A stretch of DNA of 63,783 bases, filler included, from Choristocarpus tenellus KU-1152 (lineage: Eukaryota > Protista > Phaeophyceae): NCBI GenBank assembly GCA_964200185.2. It is 10 parts of 10 records of this genome, joined end to end, with 100 filler letters (N's around TTAATTAATTAA, not from the genome) between each part and the next. Parts side by side here need not be neighbours in the genome. Positions count along the whole stretch, not along the records: positions 32,974 to 38,072 come from CAXNAD020011883.1; positions 38,173 to 46,078 come from CAXNAD020005416.1; positions 46,179 to 50,346 come from CAXNAD020015876.1; positions 50,447 to 56,695 come from CAXNAD020008573.1; 6 more parts are not named here. One strand, given 5' to 3'. Shown in pieces: positions 37,126 to 50,737 of the stretch. Positions within the stretch are counted from its first letter, which is position 1. Each line of letters opens with the position of its first letter. A program made the translations under genes and the position numbers. Under the pieces are notes generated by a model, which did no database searches, was not told where the DNA came from, and saw nothing but the letters and a program-made list of their open reading frames with translations.

Positions 37126-40100
37126 CTGTGTGTGTAGAGTACCGGTGGGTCAATCAATGTACAGGGTTACCATTATATATATATATATATATATATCTAC
37201 TGAATGACAAACATCCCTAACCCTAACTGAAGAAAAAATAAATAAGATTATATATATATATATATATATTTCAAATGGTAGCTATATGTCGTATTGGTAC
37301 AAATACACAACGGAAGGAAAGAGAACAATAATACACAATATATCTGAGAACAATAATGGCAGCGTCTAACAAAAGGTACAGCATAGGGTGACGTGCCTGC
37401 TTTTTCATGCAACATAGGGGAGAAGCACAGAGATGGTCTACCAGGGGTGGTCTTGTGGTTAGAATAAAAAGAATAAACCAACCACAAGACCACCGCAAAG
37501 GTAGTTTATTCTTTTTATTATTTCCACCCAGAACTGGTAACCCTAACCCTAACCCTAACCCAAGGAAGTCACCAGTTACTTGCCTATGTATGTAAGATGG
37601 AGAGATAGGTGTTGCAGGTGTTATGGACGACGAGGACAGCTACCTCGGAATTGGGGCAATAGACAGAATTAGGGTGCTGATAGTCATGAAAAACTGGTAC
37701 TTTGAGGTACTAGTTGCTTTGAGGTATCAACCCTTTTGCGCTCTACTACTTCAACAGTGGCACTGGCTCTATCTATACTACAAATAGAACAGGGCACACA
37801 ACACTAAACACTCACCCTAACTCTAAGCTAATTCGCCATACAATAAAAAAGTGTTACACACAGGAGGAGGGGGCACATTTCGTGTCTGAGAAGTCGAGAA
37901 ATAAATGTGGTTTTAATCAATGCCTACATAAACAGGCTTGAGAAGCCGAGAAATAAATGTGGTTTCATAGGGTTAGGGTTAGGGTTAGGGTTAGGGCTGT
38001 GCTTGGTATAATCTTAAACACCCTCCCCCGTCCTTTCCGTTCCTTTCCTTTCCTTTCCTTTCCTTTCCTTTCNNNNNNNNNNNNNNNNNNNNNNNNNNNN
38101 NNNNNNNNNNNNNNNNTTAATTAATTAANNNNNNNNNNNNNNNNNNNNNNNNNNNNNNNNNNNNNNNNNNNNGGGGGGGGGGGAACTGATCACTGCGGGG
38201 TTGTGGGCATTGAGCATAATATTAGCATGCTTACTGGGATATTTCTGCTGTGTATTTTTTTTTGTATGATATGGTGTGTTTGTGCATGTGTTGCGTTTCT
38301 CATGGTGATGATACGAAGGCGTGCTTGTTGTGTTAACATGTTTATTTTTGTTTTTTGTGTGTGGTCCCGATAAGGTTGATAACAGTAGTATTTATTTATT
38401 TTTTAATTTGTACTGATAAAAAAAGAAATATGTTGGAGGGGTTGCCGCGCCTCGGCATAACCATGCTAACCCTAACACTAACACTATGCTAATACCATGC
38501 CAATACTTGGCATTACATACAAGTGGAGAAAAACTCTCCAGGCCTTGATGAATCACTCATACCGATATTTTTTTCTAGTTTGTGTGCAATATAGGCTGGT
38601 AGTCTATTTGGTTTATAGTTGTTTAGTGACCACTACTAGACAACCGGAATGTTGACTAAGTGGAACAAGTGCCACTGACTTTGAGCAGCTCTCTTTTGCG
38701 TAGTTTGGAGGTGGCAACACGACAAGAAGGTAGGTGTGATTCATGCCCCACGCACATCTCTGCTGTTTCCAAAGGTAGCTGATGTCACACACACACATCA
38801 CCCAAGAGCGCCATCTGAAAGCTGTACTGCTGGGAGTGGGGCAAGGTGACAAACCCGAAGAAATTTTTGTTTTTTTTTCTTAGTAACTGTTCCGGTCTAT
38901 ATGTTAATATAGTACAATTGTTTGAACGTAGTGTCAGTTTTTTTCATTTCATCTTATTGTGATAACCACTAGGAAAGCGGTTACCAGACCAGATACAAAT
39001 CAAACATTCAAGACAGATGCATGTTCCTCCCCTTAGGTAAAAAAAATTAATAATGTTGAAAAAAAAACACCGGGCGTAAAAAAATGGGTAAAATTTCTTG
39101 TGCGAGTCTCATTGGAAGGTCGTTTGTATGGGTTTCAAATACAGGAAGCTTTGTCCTCAATCTCTTGGTTAAGGCTTGTTTTGTGGAGATAAAAACTGAA
39201 TCTGAGATGCTTTCTTTTCCTGAATCCTCGAGAAGAGAGGTTGGAAGATTTTGCCCTGAGTTACAGCTTCAATCTACTCTGAATTGCTCCATAGTAACCT
39301 GTAGCCACCCTTTTGGTGCTCTGGAGTTTTCAGTGTGGATTCCAGTGTGCAACGATATCATGCAATGTATTTTCTTTTATGCTTTTGTTCGTAAAGAGTA
39401 CTTTTGCATAACAGGCTACTTCAACTACTTAAAACAGTTTACTTCAAGGACTAATCTCAAACCAATGCACTTATGGAGTGACCTAAAAGGCAATTCCAAT
39501 CCAATGTGTGCACCTACACTCATACAATAAAAAATAAGCAGTATTATGAGACAGCTAGCCTACATACCAAAGCACAGGCGTGCTTGTAAGCTTGAATTGT
39601 ATATTTTATGGGAGTAGGCATTGAATATGCTGCGAAATAAAACCTCTCCAGAACAAGGTGATGGGCTGTCCTCCCACATCTATTGTAACCTCCAAAAGCA
39701 CAAGGCTACGTGAGGATTACTTCTTTATTTTCTTCCTAGCCTACCTCCCTTTTCCCCAACTATCTCAGCACTACTAACGTCCTCATGGATGCAGGGGAGG
39801 TACACGTGAGAAGAGGCGTTTGTTTTGATCCAAAAGACTAGAACAAGATGTTGACCTCTGTTAGGGTTAGGGATGATGGGTTACAGGAACGTGGGAGGAA
39901 CTTCACAAATAAAATGAATAAAAATACTCCTAGAGTGTACACTAGATCTTGGAAGGTTCTGAGATGTGGACCGGATTATTGCCAAGGTAAAAGACGTATC
40001 CACCCAATGCCCCTTTGAAGGCCTAGATGTGACAGTCTCAGAATGGTGAGGATGGTACCGCTGGGCACACCATTTCCAGGCACACCAGGTGGCTCTTAGA

Positions 40101-41894
40101 GTTCAATCTAAGGTTTGTGTTTCACCGTAACAAAAGTGGCATATTATTCAATGTTCATCACTGCAAGGTCATGGTGGGAGTTGGTCTCCTGAGGGCGTAC
40201 CTTCTTCTGAATCAAAAGTTGTGGAGGGTGTAGTCTAACACAAGTATGGCGGTACTCCACCACTACACTGAAAAAAAATATCAATAGAAGGGGGAAGAAG
40301 AGGGTGGAAAGGGGCTTGGGGGGACAATCAGGTCCACCAAATGGGCTTCATTCATGAAAGCAGGGCACATCTTGAACATTCTTTGTGAAGGTTTTCTGGT
40401 TGCTGGAAGACTTTTGCAAGGATCTGTGAGTGCATTTTTTAATCTATTACTGGGATCTCCAGTCAGTGGGATTGCTATCAAAAACAACCGCTTGGGGAAT
40501 GAATCAGGATCTGGATTTGATAAAAAAAATCCTTGATCTTTAACTCAGTAACCCACTCTCTTTTTTTCTGCCAAAAATCACAAAAACTTCAATGGTTTCA
40601 TTCCAGATACAACTGCCAGAGAGATTCTTCTTCTCCCAAGAGACACAAGCAAAAAAATGTTTCTTTCCCACCACAAGTGAATATCGTTCAGACAAAATAC
40701 TCTTCTCATCTACACAACAGTCCCAATGTTCTACAAAATCTTTGGAAAAAAATGATGGCAAGCTCTGCTCTGGAACTAACAGCGCATTGCTCTGGGGCTC
40801 GCAAAATTCACCTCAGGTTAGGCAGGCAGGCAGTCACAAACAAGTACACAACGCACCCAACAACCAGCGCCATACCAGAACCCCTACCACACAATTGAAT
40901 TCAGAGGCTCTCCATTATTGGCTCTAGAGCAAAGTAATGGCACGCCCAGGGCCTGCCAAAACAGCTACCTTTCTGGACATTACTATACCTTCTTGTGCAC
41001 AACTCCCGGAGCACTACATACACACACTACATACACAGCCTGCATTGATAAAATGCTACATAAAAAAAGCAAGAAGAAACACTAATTCCATTTCACAACT
41101 TCAACATATTTTGCTGACCAACCAAGGGAGCAAAAGCTAAATAACGGCAGTTTCTGCCCCCCCCTCCCCCCCCCCTTTTGTCTAGACTAAGCAGCTTGAG
41201 CTACACAGGCATGTTCCTGCATCCCTCCAACAACCAAGCCTCAGTTTACATGAGATATACTACTGGTAGAGTTGAGTGAGGTAATAGACACATGACAGTT
41301 ACACAAACATACATTGATGCTTCTCTCAATATAAAAAGACGCAACATGGCCAAGGGTCACAGATGGTAAATGAGACCTCCCGCCCCCTCCACCCCCCATG
41401 GAGACAGCATAAATAATCCCCTCCCTCCTGTTTCACTAATTTAGCCAGGCAGGTCACACATAGGCACAGCCCGCCTATCCTTTTCTGTCCACATGACAAG
41501 CAATTGTTGTCTCCCAAGTACGAACACTGATTGTTTTTATTTTCACCAAGCAAGAAAACAAAAAAAAATCTTCCCGCCGTGTACTATGTTTCTACTTTAC
41601 AAGCACCTCAGAAATAACCATTTCACAGCAAAATCACCCCTTGTGGATACACACGACGTATATAACATCATACAGCACAGTAGCACTAGGGGACACACCA
41701 ACAGGGGCAATGGGTCAAAACTCCTACATCTACATCAGCGCACCACTCTGCATGATACAATTGTACTATTTAAATACTAATGTATTCTTGGATATCACTG
41801 ACTGCACACACCATGCTGTAGCGAAAAATACCCTTCTGTTTTTTCTCTAAAGATTCACACTTCTTCAGCCCGATCCAGTTCCACTCAACACAAA

Positions 41895-44860
41895 TCAAGC
41901 CCACTGTCCCTCCTGGCAAGCCCCACCCGACGAGAAACCCCCAAGCACCCCCCTCTCCCCTCCTTCCCACAGCGAAAACGCCTCTGCTCCCCTGTCCCCA
42001 AACCTTGCCGCACCCCCTCCCTCGTCCGCCCCAGCCGCTGCTACCGCTGCTGCAATGTAAGCCCCTTGGAATCTCCTCCCCAGTCCTGGTCTGTTTGCAC
42101 TAAACGTAGTCCTCGGGGATGCTGGAGGGCTCTCTCTTGACTCTGGGCTACCCAGAGCTGCCAACCTGGACAAACCACCAGAGATTTGCAACCTGGAAGA
42201 GGAATACCGTGAAGATGCTCGGGCGTCTCTACTGGCTTGCAGGACTTGGCGGATGGCCTTACATGATAGTCCCCCAGCAATGGTGGTAGGATGACAGGTC
42301 AGGTCAGAATGGGGGACTGGGGGGAGTGGATCGTGGGGTCTAGGGGTTGCCTGCACTATGAACAAATATGAAAATGCCTACTTTTCATAAAACACCATGT
42401 AGTAATATTTAACACTCGGGGTGATTTCGTGAAAAAAAGTTGGGGTGGTAAAAAAAAAAATCTAATTAATGTCCTAATGAGTAGTTAAAGGGTATTCTCA
42501 TCCAGATACAGCAACAAGAAATGACAATGTTAAACAGTAGGAAGAAAGTGAGGTCGATCATATCAAAAGAGCAGCAAATGAAGCCATCTCGATCACCAGA
42601 AGAAGAAAACGTATACAGGGTCACAGTATCACAGTACATAGTATACAATTCGCACTGCAGAATGTCCAATGAGACACGTGATTACTCTTCCCTTCATCAA
42701 GCCATACATAGATATATGGTTGTGTGCTGGTGTTCCTCCTAGATTGTTTACCCCCTCCTGCTCAGAAAAGAGGTATAGTTGTCGATATCCCATAGATGCT
42801 GGCTAATCCTCCTCACCCCAATAAATAAGAACACTGATCATTCCTGCAACAACCTGACCATCACTATCCAACACCATACATATGCTCACTTCAAGAGACA
42901 AGAGTCCAACAAACAGCACAGCAGCAGTAGCAGTAAAAAAAGAGGAAATGTGTATGTATGTTGAGATACGGTCAAATCTAACATTCAACATCGACGAGAT
43001 GAAAATAACCTTACCATCCTTAACACTTATTGAGACCCGGAGGAAATCCCAACTCTGACAAGAGTCAACTGTTGAGATAATCCTCCTGCACAGTGATTGA
43101 CCTCTTAAGAAATAGTAATCCTCTCAGGGTTTGTTCCACACACAAAACCCTGAACCCTTGACCACCTGTTGAGTCTCCTCCGGCATCCCTATCGGAAATA
43201 TCTGCCCCGGCCTCTCCCCTTTGTCATCCAGAGCTGTCAAGCAAGCCCCCTTTTCCAGAAGAAGAGAGACAAGCCCTACGTGGCCCCTGTGGCAGGCCCG
43301 ATGAAGGCCCGTGCACTTCCAGTTGTCCCTTGAGTCAACCTCCCCCCTTCAGTGGGTACAGGTTCGTAAGGCATGCAGGCACAAATAGAAATGGTTGAAG
43401 GTGTAAGTAGGGATCCAACATGGGAAAAGAAGAATATTCATGAGTCGCCTATCTCAATCATGTGCATGCAATCGGCCATTTTAACACTATTGGTTATCCA
43501 GGATAAAGAGTATCAGTAGAGGACAGAGTGATAATGTTTACATCCCTATCCACAACACTTGGTGCTATATATATTATGAGCAAATACAAAAAAATGTATG
43601 TGAATTTACTTCCTATTGGAGGTGATGAGACTAACCTGAGCCGTGCTTCAGAACTACACCATGGTGGTAATCATCTAAGTATAGATCATCAGCGAGTCAA
43701 TTGTTCATTTCACAGCATGAGTAATACGGAAGGTATCACAATGTTGTGGTTTATGACGATTCAAACGACCGTAACCTATCTATCCCATTTCCAGACCTAC
43801 ATTAGCCATCCCACTGACTCCCTAGTCTTGATAGCATTTCCGACTTCTCCAGGTTCATTAATATATATATAAACCTTGATCTTATGGTACATTGCTCTAC
43901 TACTTTCTTCTTTCCTCATGTTGCTAACCTAAGTAGCACCCCCTACCCCGATCAACTCTCTATGTAGCTCAAATTATTTCTCTCACCCAGCGCGCAAAAT
44001 GGCACGAGCAGCCTCTAGGTGCCCTTCGAGGCAGGCCCGAATAAGCGGAGTGCACTGCCACATGTCCCTTGCTGAGGTATCAGCCCCATAGCTCGCTAAG
44101 ACGGGGATCACGTCTGCATGACCGTGGATGCAGGCAAGATGTAGCGCTGAGTAAGTACCCTTCTGAACCACCTTATTCGGGGGGACTCCTCGCTGGAGTA
44201 GCAGACGGGCAGCCTCTGCTTGACCCACCTCGGCGCAGCGGTGCAGCGCAGTAAATCTGAGACAATCAAGGGGAGGTGGTGGTTGCTGCCTTGAAATGGG
44301 TAAGGTACACCAAGTGCCATTTAGCCCCTGTTTGCCTCGTGCTAAGCCAAAATCTTCCGTGAGAAGTCAGTCTCAATTTCATCAGGTGGAAGACGGCATT
44401 TAACTCATCAATCCAGCTATCATGGAGGAGATTAAATTAAAACTTCATATCCTTTCGATCGATCTCACCCGTCATGGTCGTTTGCGTTTACATCCGCTCC
44501 AGCTGATAGCAGCATACCCGCAGCCACAAGCTGACCATACCAACAAGCCGTATGTAGTAATGTCCATCCGTTCCCATCCTTAACATCCAGCCCGCCTGCG
44601 GACACAGAAGAATTCAAGCCTGCAGTTGACAGCATAGCATCCAGACCTGAAGGAGATGCGGATGACTGGACGCCCAAACTCGCATTCAAGCCCCCAATAT
44701 TGACGACAACGGACTGGTGCTGCAAGAGATGTTTTTCAAGGATGCTCAGGTCTCCGGAAGCCACAGCCCCATGCAGTATTGAAACCTTGTCCATCAACTT
44801 CATTGAAGGTGATTGTTGAATTGAAGGATTCACAGCCTTCACCAGTTCACCGTTCTCCAT
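41895..44860 (-). CDS. Ankyrin-repeat protein
   Basis: Exons 44860-44469, 44256-43987, 43346-43166 and 42257-41895 are phase-compatible. Repeats: SILHGAVASGD, GWTLLHTACWYGQ...GADVNANDHDG, FTALHRCAEVGQ, YSALHLACIHGH, CTPLIRACLEGH, CTGLHRACHRGH. Start codon uncertain. Confidence 0.88.
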
Positions 44861-45428
44861 TCCTTCGACTATCCCACTAGACAACAAACAGATTCACCGA
44901 GATATGCCGCACTGGACGGATCTTCGCAGTCTAAGTAGCGTCAGGTTACTCTGCAGTCTCTGTATTTCTTGGAGTTTTTCGTCAGATTTAAACACTTGGT
45001 GACTTGAACTAGTATCTCTAGGAAGAAGGAGTAGTAGTATAGGGATTGTGTGAGAAGGGAAATGATATATACTACTGCTGTACTTTTGTCTGTCCAAAAA
45101 ACTACGTATATGTTGTTGGATGAAACTTTTCAAATTGGTGACCACGTCATAAAATCCATAACATCCAAAAAAAACTCGGCGGCGTGACAGGACTACCAAC
45201 AGTAAGTACTACACTCTCACACACATTTATTTAAGAAAAAAATTATATTTCCAACCAAGCAACTTGATCAGCTTGGGCGATGATCGGTGGGAGTACAGCA
45301 CTACGGACCGGATATTCTGTACTGGCAGGATGCACAACCAAAACGCAGGAAAAGTGGCGGAAGTAGCTTCCTTACAGAGCAACGACGGGAAAGTGAGTAC
45401 GTACCAGATTCGAAGAAGTAGGGAAACT

Positions 45429-45720
45429 TGTGCAAAATAGAACAATAGTGAGTTGTACCTGATTTAGTGCATGAGAGATGTAACTAATGAGATAGTAACT
45501 ATGGGTTATTATTCTGCATTCAACTACTTTGACGTAACTGTTGACTAAGGTAGGAAGCACAAATAATTATAAAACATGCAATGAGAAGACACCCCATAAA
45601 GGTCACTTTTCTAATTCCAACCATGTAATCACGTTCAGCAATGGGGAACCGTGTGAGGCTTCACACCTTCTTGTCTTCACTACTGATAAATAGCATTTAC
45701 CCCCCAAGGTAAATTGCACA
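45429..45720 (+). mobile_element. Solo LTR related to the copia element
   Basis: TGTGCAA...TTGCACA flanked by a perfect 5-bp TSD AAACT (45424-45428 and 45721-45725); colinear with LTR 20659-20997; no PBS follows. Confidence 0.93.
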
Positions 45721-46012
45721 AAACTCGATAGACTATGAAGTATATCTAAGGGTTACATGACCAAGTGGTAGGTGTTCCACTTGGGCTAATAAAGCTTCGG
45801 GTTCTCATAGCCATAGTGCTCAGGACTATGCTGTATGACTCCATGACATGGACACTAGAAATGACCATTACACTCAACTCCATCCCCAACTTTAATTTCC
45901 TACAGCACCGCATTAGGTTCCACAAACGGAAATGTTCGGACCACCCATGTTGTACAGAGAAGACCTTAAGAGAACTGGCTATGAGTTCTCTGAAGCCAGT
46001 GTCCACAATTAA

Positions 46013-46078
46013 CAGCCAATTTCAAAAATTGAGGATGGAGCTTTTCATTGAGGATGGGCTTGACCCAAAATTGACTGG
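46013..46078. mobile_element. Second copy of the CAG-terminal foldback element arm, cut by the contig end
   Basis: TTAA|CAGCCAATTTCAAAAATTGAGGATGGAGCTTTTCATTGAGGATGGGCTTGACCC, nearly identical to the arm starting at 14340. Confidence 0.85.
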
Positions 46079-46363
46079 NNNNNNNNNNNNNNNNNNNNNN
46101 NNNNNNNNNNNNNNNNNNNNNNTTAATTAATTAANNNNNNNNNNNNNNNNNNNNNNNNNNNNNNNNNNNNNNNNNNNNTATTAATATTAGCATTATGAGT
46201 TTGTATGCTAGTAATGGAACATCCATTTTCCGCCTGCGCGACCCCATGCCCCGGCGCCCACCCCTAACACCCCCCCCCCCCCCCCCCACACCCCCACACG
46301 CCAGCCCCCCCCCCCCCCCCCCCCCCCCTCCCTCTCCTCTCCACGATACGTAAAGAAATGGTT

Positions 46364-46395
<32 letters not shown>

Positions 46396-47442
46396 TGAAG
46401 CAGATTGATGCTTCTTTTTAAATCAGTAGAAGAAGGAATATTTAATATTTGCGAAAAATAATAAGAGATTTGTTGATCCTTTTTAGAAGCTTTCTGGTAA
46501 AACAATTTTCCGTATACTAGCAAGTAAATCACACACACTCACACACTCACACACACACACATTCACACACACACACACTTTTTGTAAAGTTCTTAGATCA
46601 CCTTGAGGAGTGAGTGATATCCCTAACCCTATGATCTTGACCCTCGAAGTAGTTAGCTCACTCCTCCTCTCTCCCCATGCACTAAAAAAAAGAAGGGGTT
46701 TTTCCACGAGAAATAGAGGCGTTTCTAACGTGACCATCCCACAGGGAAGGTAGTTTAATGACTATGTATGTATGTATGTATGTTTGCATGTTTGTTTGTG
46801 ACTGTGGTAGGTGAAGGATATCTTGAGCGATACGGAGTTAGTCCTTGTGGAGGATGTGCCGAGTCATCTCGAGGAGGTGAGTGAGTCAGGTTATGTTGAG
46901 GTGTCGAGTTGTTGGTAGCATGATGTATTCTTGTGTTGGATGGTTGGTTGGATGGTTGGTTGCTTTGTTTTTTTTTGGTGCACGAGAAAAGAAAAAAAAA
47001 GAGCTTGTTTTGATTGATTTGTAGCATGTTGTTGTCTTGATGTTTATGTGGAGAGAGATTTATGTTTTGTGTGTGTGTGTGTGTGTTTGTGTGTTGTGTG
47101 TTGTGTGCTGTGTGTGTGTTATGCGTGTGTTGAGTGTGTGTGTGTGTGCATGTATAAAATATGATGTGTGTGTCTGGGTTTTGTATTGAAGGTTCGATTT
47201 AACGGTATGGGTAACTGCAGCATGGTTTGTAGTTCTATGTATACCTCCTTTTTAGCATCAGTTTTTACTCCTTACTGCGGGGCCTGACTATATAATAGCA
47301 CCAGATGGTACATCAACCTTAAGTTTTTTTTTTGTGAGGGCTTTATCAGAATGAGGTATACCCTATAATTTCGGCAAGAAACACCTTCCTGATTTGATGC
47401 TTTTCCTGGTACACACTAACACTTCCAACTGATGAAGATGAA

Positions 47443-47541
47443 CAGAGGAAGGGTGTTTGTAGTGTATACAGAGGAAGCGTGTTTGTAGTGTATACAGAGA
47501 TTGTTTGTAGTGTATACAGAGGAAGGGTGTTTGTAGTGTGC
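47443..47541. repeat. Short tandem repeat, about 27-bp unit, about 4 copies
   Basis: TGTTTGTAGTGTATACAGAGGAAGSG repeated. Confidence 0.85.
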
Positions 47542-48717
47542 ACATTGTTTCACTCTGAGAGGTAGTGTGCTATTTTAATGCTGTGGAGTATACTTCATGC
47601 TTTGGAATTTCTCAAGAGAGCACTGTGATGCACCACTGTGATGTGTTTCTTACATTTTTTTAATATATCTGCGTGTGTTCCATGTTTTTTTTGCTTTCAA
47701 CACTCCTTTCTCGTGTTATTTCTATTTTTATTTATTTCATATATTTTTTTATTTGGACTATTTTTGATGTAGTGTATTTATTGATTACAATTATTGCATC
47801 CTTGTTTATGTATCTATTATAACACAATTATTTGCTATTGTTTGTAGTCTCTACTAATTCGCCATTATAGTGCATATTTATTCATTATTTTTTTAGCATA
47901 TTTTTTGTTTTATTTTCTACAAGTTTTTATTTTTGTACCCGAAATGTTGGACTCAGACACAATATCGCAGTATGGTTAGTATACATTCTATTGTAAGGTG
48001 TTTGCGACCCTGGGGACTTACCGCATGTATAAATAAATGTCTGTCAAGGTGCTGGAACCCCCCCCCACCCCCCCTTTCTGTTCTAGGTAGGCGGTTTACT
48101 CCCGTGCCGGTGGTATCGTAATAATGTGCATGCAAGAGTACAAACGCACGATGTCGCACGCCGCGCAAGAATCGTCCGAATTTGTGTGTTAGAAGGATGG
48201 ACTCATGTTATTGTTTGTGTGCACAATCCCTGGGGTTAGGGTTAACTGTCTACACTCTCATTGTCAAGGTTTGATTCCTGTGTGTTTTATTGAGGCCTTG
48301 ATTTTGTAGCATATCTATATATATATAGATGTATGTATACACACTACTCTAGTCCATATTAGTCCCGTAATTTTTTTGGTCTGATACGGTGTTAGGGTTA
48401 GGGTTGTTTGCTGTGGTGCATTGTATGTTGTTCTGTGAACGGTATGGTAGTGGGTTGCTCGTGTTCATTGGTTGATTAAAGAGGGTGTTAGGGCAGTTTC
48501 CAATTGTACTGTTTTACTTCATTTTTTTTTAAAATCTGTCTAGCAAAAGAGACACGTGTTAAAAAAAATAAAAAAGCGATGTGTGTTTTCCGGTTTTTAA
48601 GAACGATTTTTGAAAAAGCGTTTTTTCGTTTTTTTTTAAAATTTATTGATAGCTTGATCGATTGCGTGCATTCGATTTTACCATCTGTGTGTGTGTGTGT
48701 GTTTGTGTGTTATGTTT

Positions 48718-49007
48718 ATTGATCTGAAATGTTTGTTGTTGATGTGTGTATGTTACGTTAATTGATCCGAAATGTTTGTTGTTGATGTGTGTATGTTATT
48801 GTTATTGATCTGAAATGTTTGTTGTTGATGTGTGTATGTTATGTTAATTGATCCGAAATTTTGTTGTTGATGTGTGTATGTTATCGTTATTGATCCGAAA
48901 TTTTGTTGTTGTGTGTATGTTATGTTAATTGATCCGAAATGTTTGTTGTTGATGTGTGTATGTTATGTTAATTGATCCGAAATTTTTGTTGTTGATGTGT
49001 GTATGTT
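48718..49007. repeat. Minisatellite, about 43-bp unit, about 7 copies
   Basis: GATCCGAAATGTTTGTTGTTGATGTGTGTATGTTATGTTAATT repeated. Confidence 0.92.
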
Positions 49008-50243
49008 TGAGTGTTCTTTTTTGTGGTGCATTGCGATGGGGTGTTGAATTGAGTTGTGTTAGTGTTACTCCATCTTTGGTGTGGCACGATTGTCATGCTC
49101 TTCTTCTTTCAGAGATATTCTATGTTGTGTTATGTCTTATATTCCAATGTGATACATAGTGTGTGTACATGTGTATGTGATAATATGCACCTGCTTGTTT
49201 TTTTTTGTGGATGTAGTGCAGCAAGTATTCAATAACCTGAATGGCATTTTATTCATTGTTTTTGATTATAATGTGTATGTCCAGTTGGGGTACTTTTTGA
49301 AGGCCTTAATGATTGATTATCTGTAGGTGATGCAGTCTATGTTAATTGTTGTGTTTTATTTGTTGTATTCTATCTGAGGCCTTAATGATTATCTGTAGGT
49401 GATACAGTCTACATTAACTGTTGCTTTTTACTTGTATTCTATCTAAGGTCTTAGTGATGATCTTAAGTGATAGACAAACTATGTTAGGGTTAGGGTTAGG
49501 GTTATTGTTGTATTTTCTTTTTCTTCCTTGTTGCGTTGCTCCCTCGTCCCCCCCCCACAAATCAACATTATTTTCAAGATGTACGTGGGTATCATTAAGT
49601 ATCATTAAATATCATAAATAAGATAAATAATACCTATTTCTTTTCTTAGTAGTACTCTTTGGAGTAGGTAGTGACGATCGGTCTTGGACCCTTCTCCTCC
49701 CTTTCTCGAGTGTATATACGTATGTCTTGTGTGTTGTATCCAACATGTGACAATAAGGGGAAATTAATAACATATTTTTGTTCTTAATTTTACTTCTCTC
49801 ACGGTGATGGCCACCTCCATCGTACCATCTGCATATGGCCTAGTACTGACAAACACACCTACTATAGTTTTTTTTTTGTGAATGTTCCATATATATATAT
49901 ATATATATATATTTTTTAAATCTCGTGGATACATGCATTTTTTGTTTTTTGTGGGGGGAGTGTCATCTGTGGCCTTACTACAGCGGAAGATTCGGATTAA
50001 AAATAAAATAAAAATGGGAATACGCTTCTTTGTTAATGTTGGTAGTAACTTGTGTGCAACAGTGATGGCTTTTTTTTTCTTTTTAATTGAAATGACTGTT
50101 TCACATTATTATTATTATTATTACTATTATTAATAGTACCACTATTCTTACCATTTCGTGATATTATCGTCACCGTTATATTTGCAATGGCCTTGACTCT
50201 GACTCTGATTTATTCTACTCTGACTCTGATTTATTTTACCTTG

Positions 50244-50346
50244 CCCCCGATCCATGACCTTCCCCCCTAACCCTAGCCCTAAGCCCCCGATCCATGGCCT
50301 TCCCCCCCTAACCCTAACCCTAAGCCCCTGATCCATGGCCTTCTCC
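50244..50346. repeat. About 40-bp tandem unit containing telomere-like CCCTAA
   Basis: CCCCCGATCCATGGCCTTCCCCCCTAACCCTAACCCTAAG, about 2.5 copies, at the contig end. Confidence 0.8.
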
Positions 50347-50737
50347 NNNNNNNNNNNNNNNNNNNNNNNNNNNNNNNNNNNNNNNNNNNNTTAATTAATT
50401 AANNNNNNNNNNNNNNNNNNNNNNNNNNNNNNNNNNNNNNNNNNNNGTGTGCTTATTTATCTCTTCCCCCCCCTACTTAGGCATTGCGTGTTTGTCTTTT
50501 CCCTTTTCCTTCCCCCTTCCCCCCCCCCCCCCCCCCAAGCCCACCGCTACACCCTCAAAGACTGCCCCCCGACCTGTGCCTACTCCCTCGACATATCTGT
50601 GGGAACTATACCTCCAGCGTAGCTATGTGCCCCTACCAATGACCCATTGACCTTGCCTAACTCTGTGTCTTGAAACCAACCTATGCCGGGCGTGTGTGTA
50701 TGTGTGCCATATTTTGCCCTCATTTTTTTGGCCGCAG

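Noticed and set aside
37968-37997. True telomere
   Set aside because: Only about five units, internal to the contig, with similar tracts in both orientations throughout the window.
28998-38072. Functional clustering of the transposase, DysF gene and neighbours
   Set aside because: They lie on different contigs joined by artificial linkers.
46179-50346. Protein-coding ORFs in this contig
   Set aside because: AT/GT-rich simple repeats; the ORFs are short, low-complexity and lack motifs or consistent splice structure.
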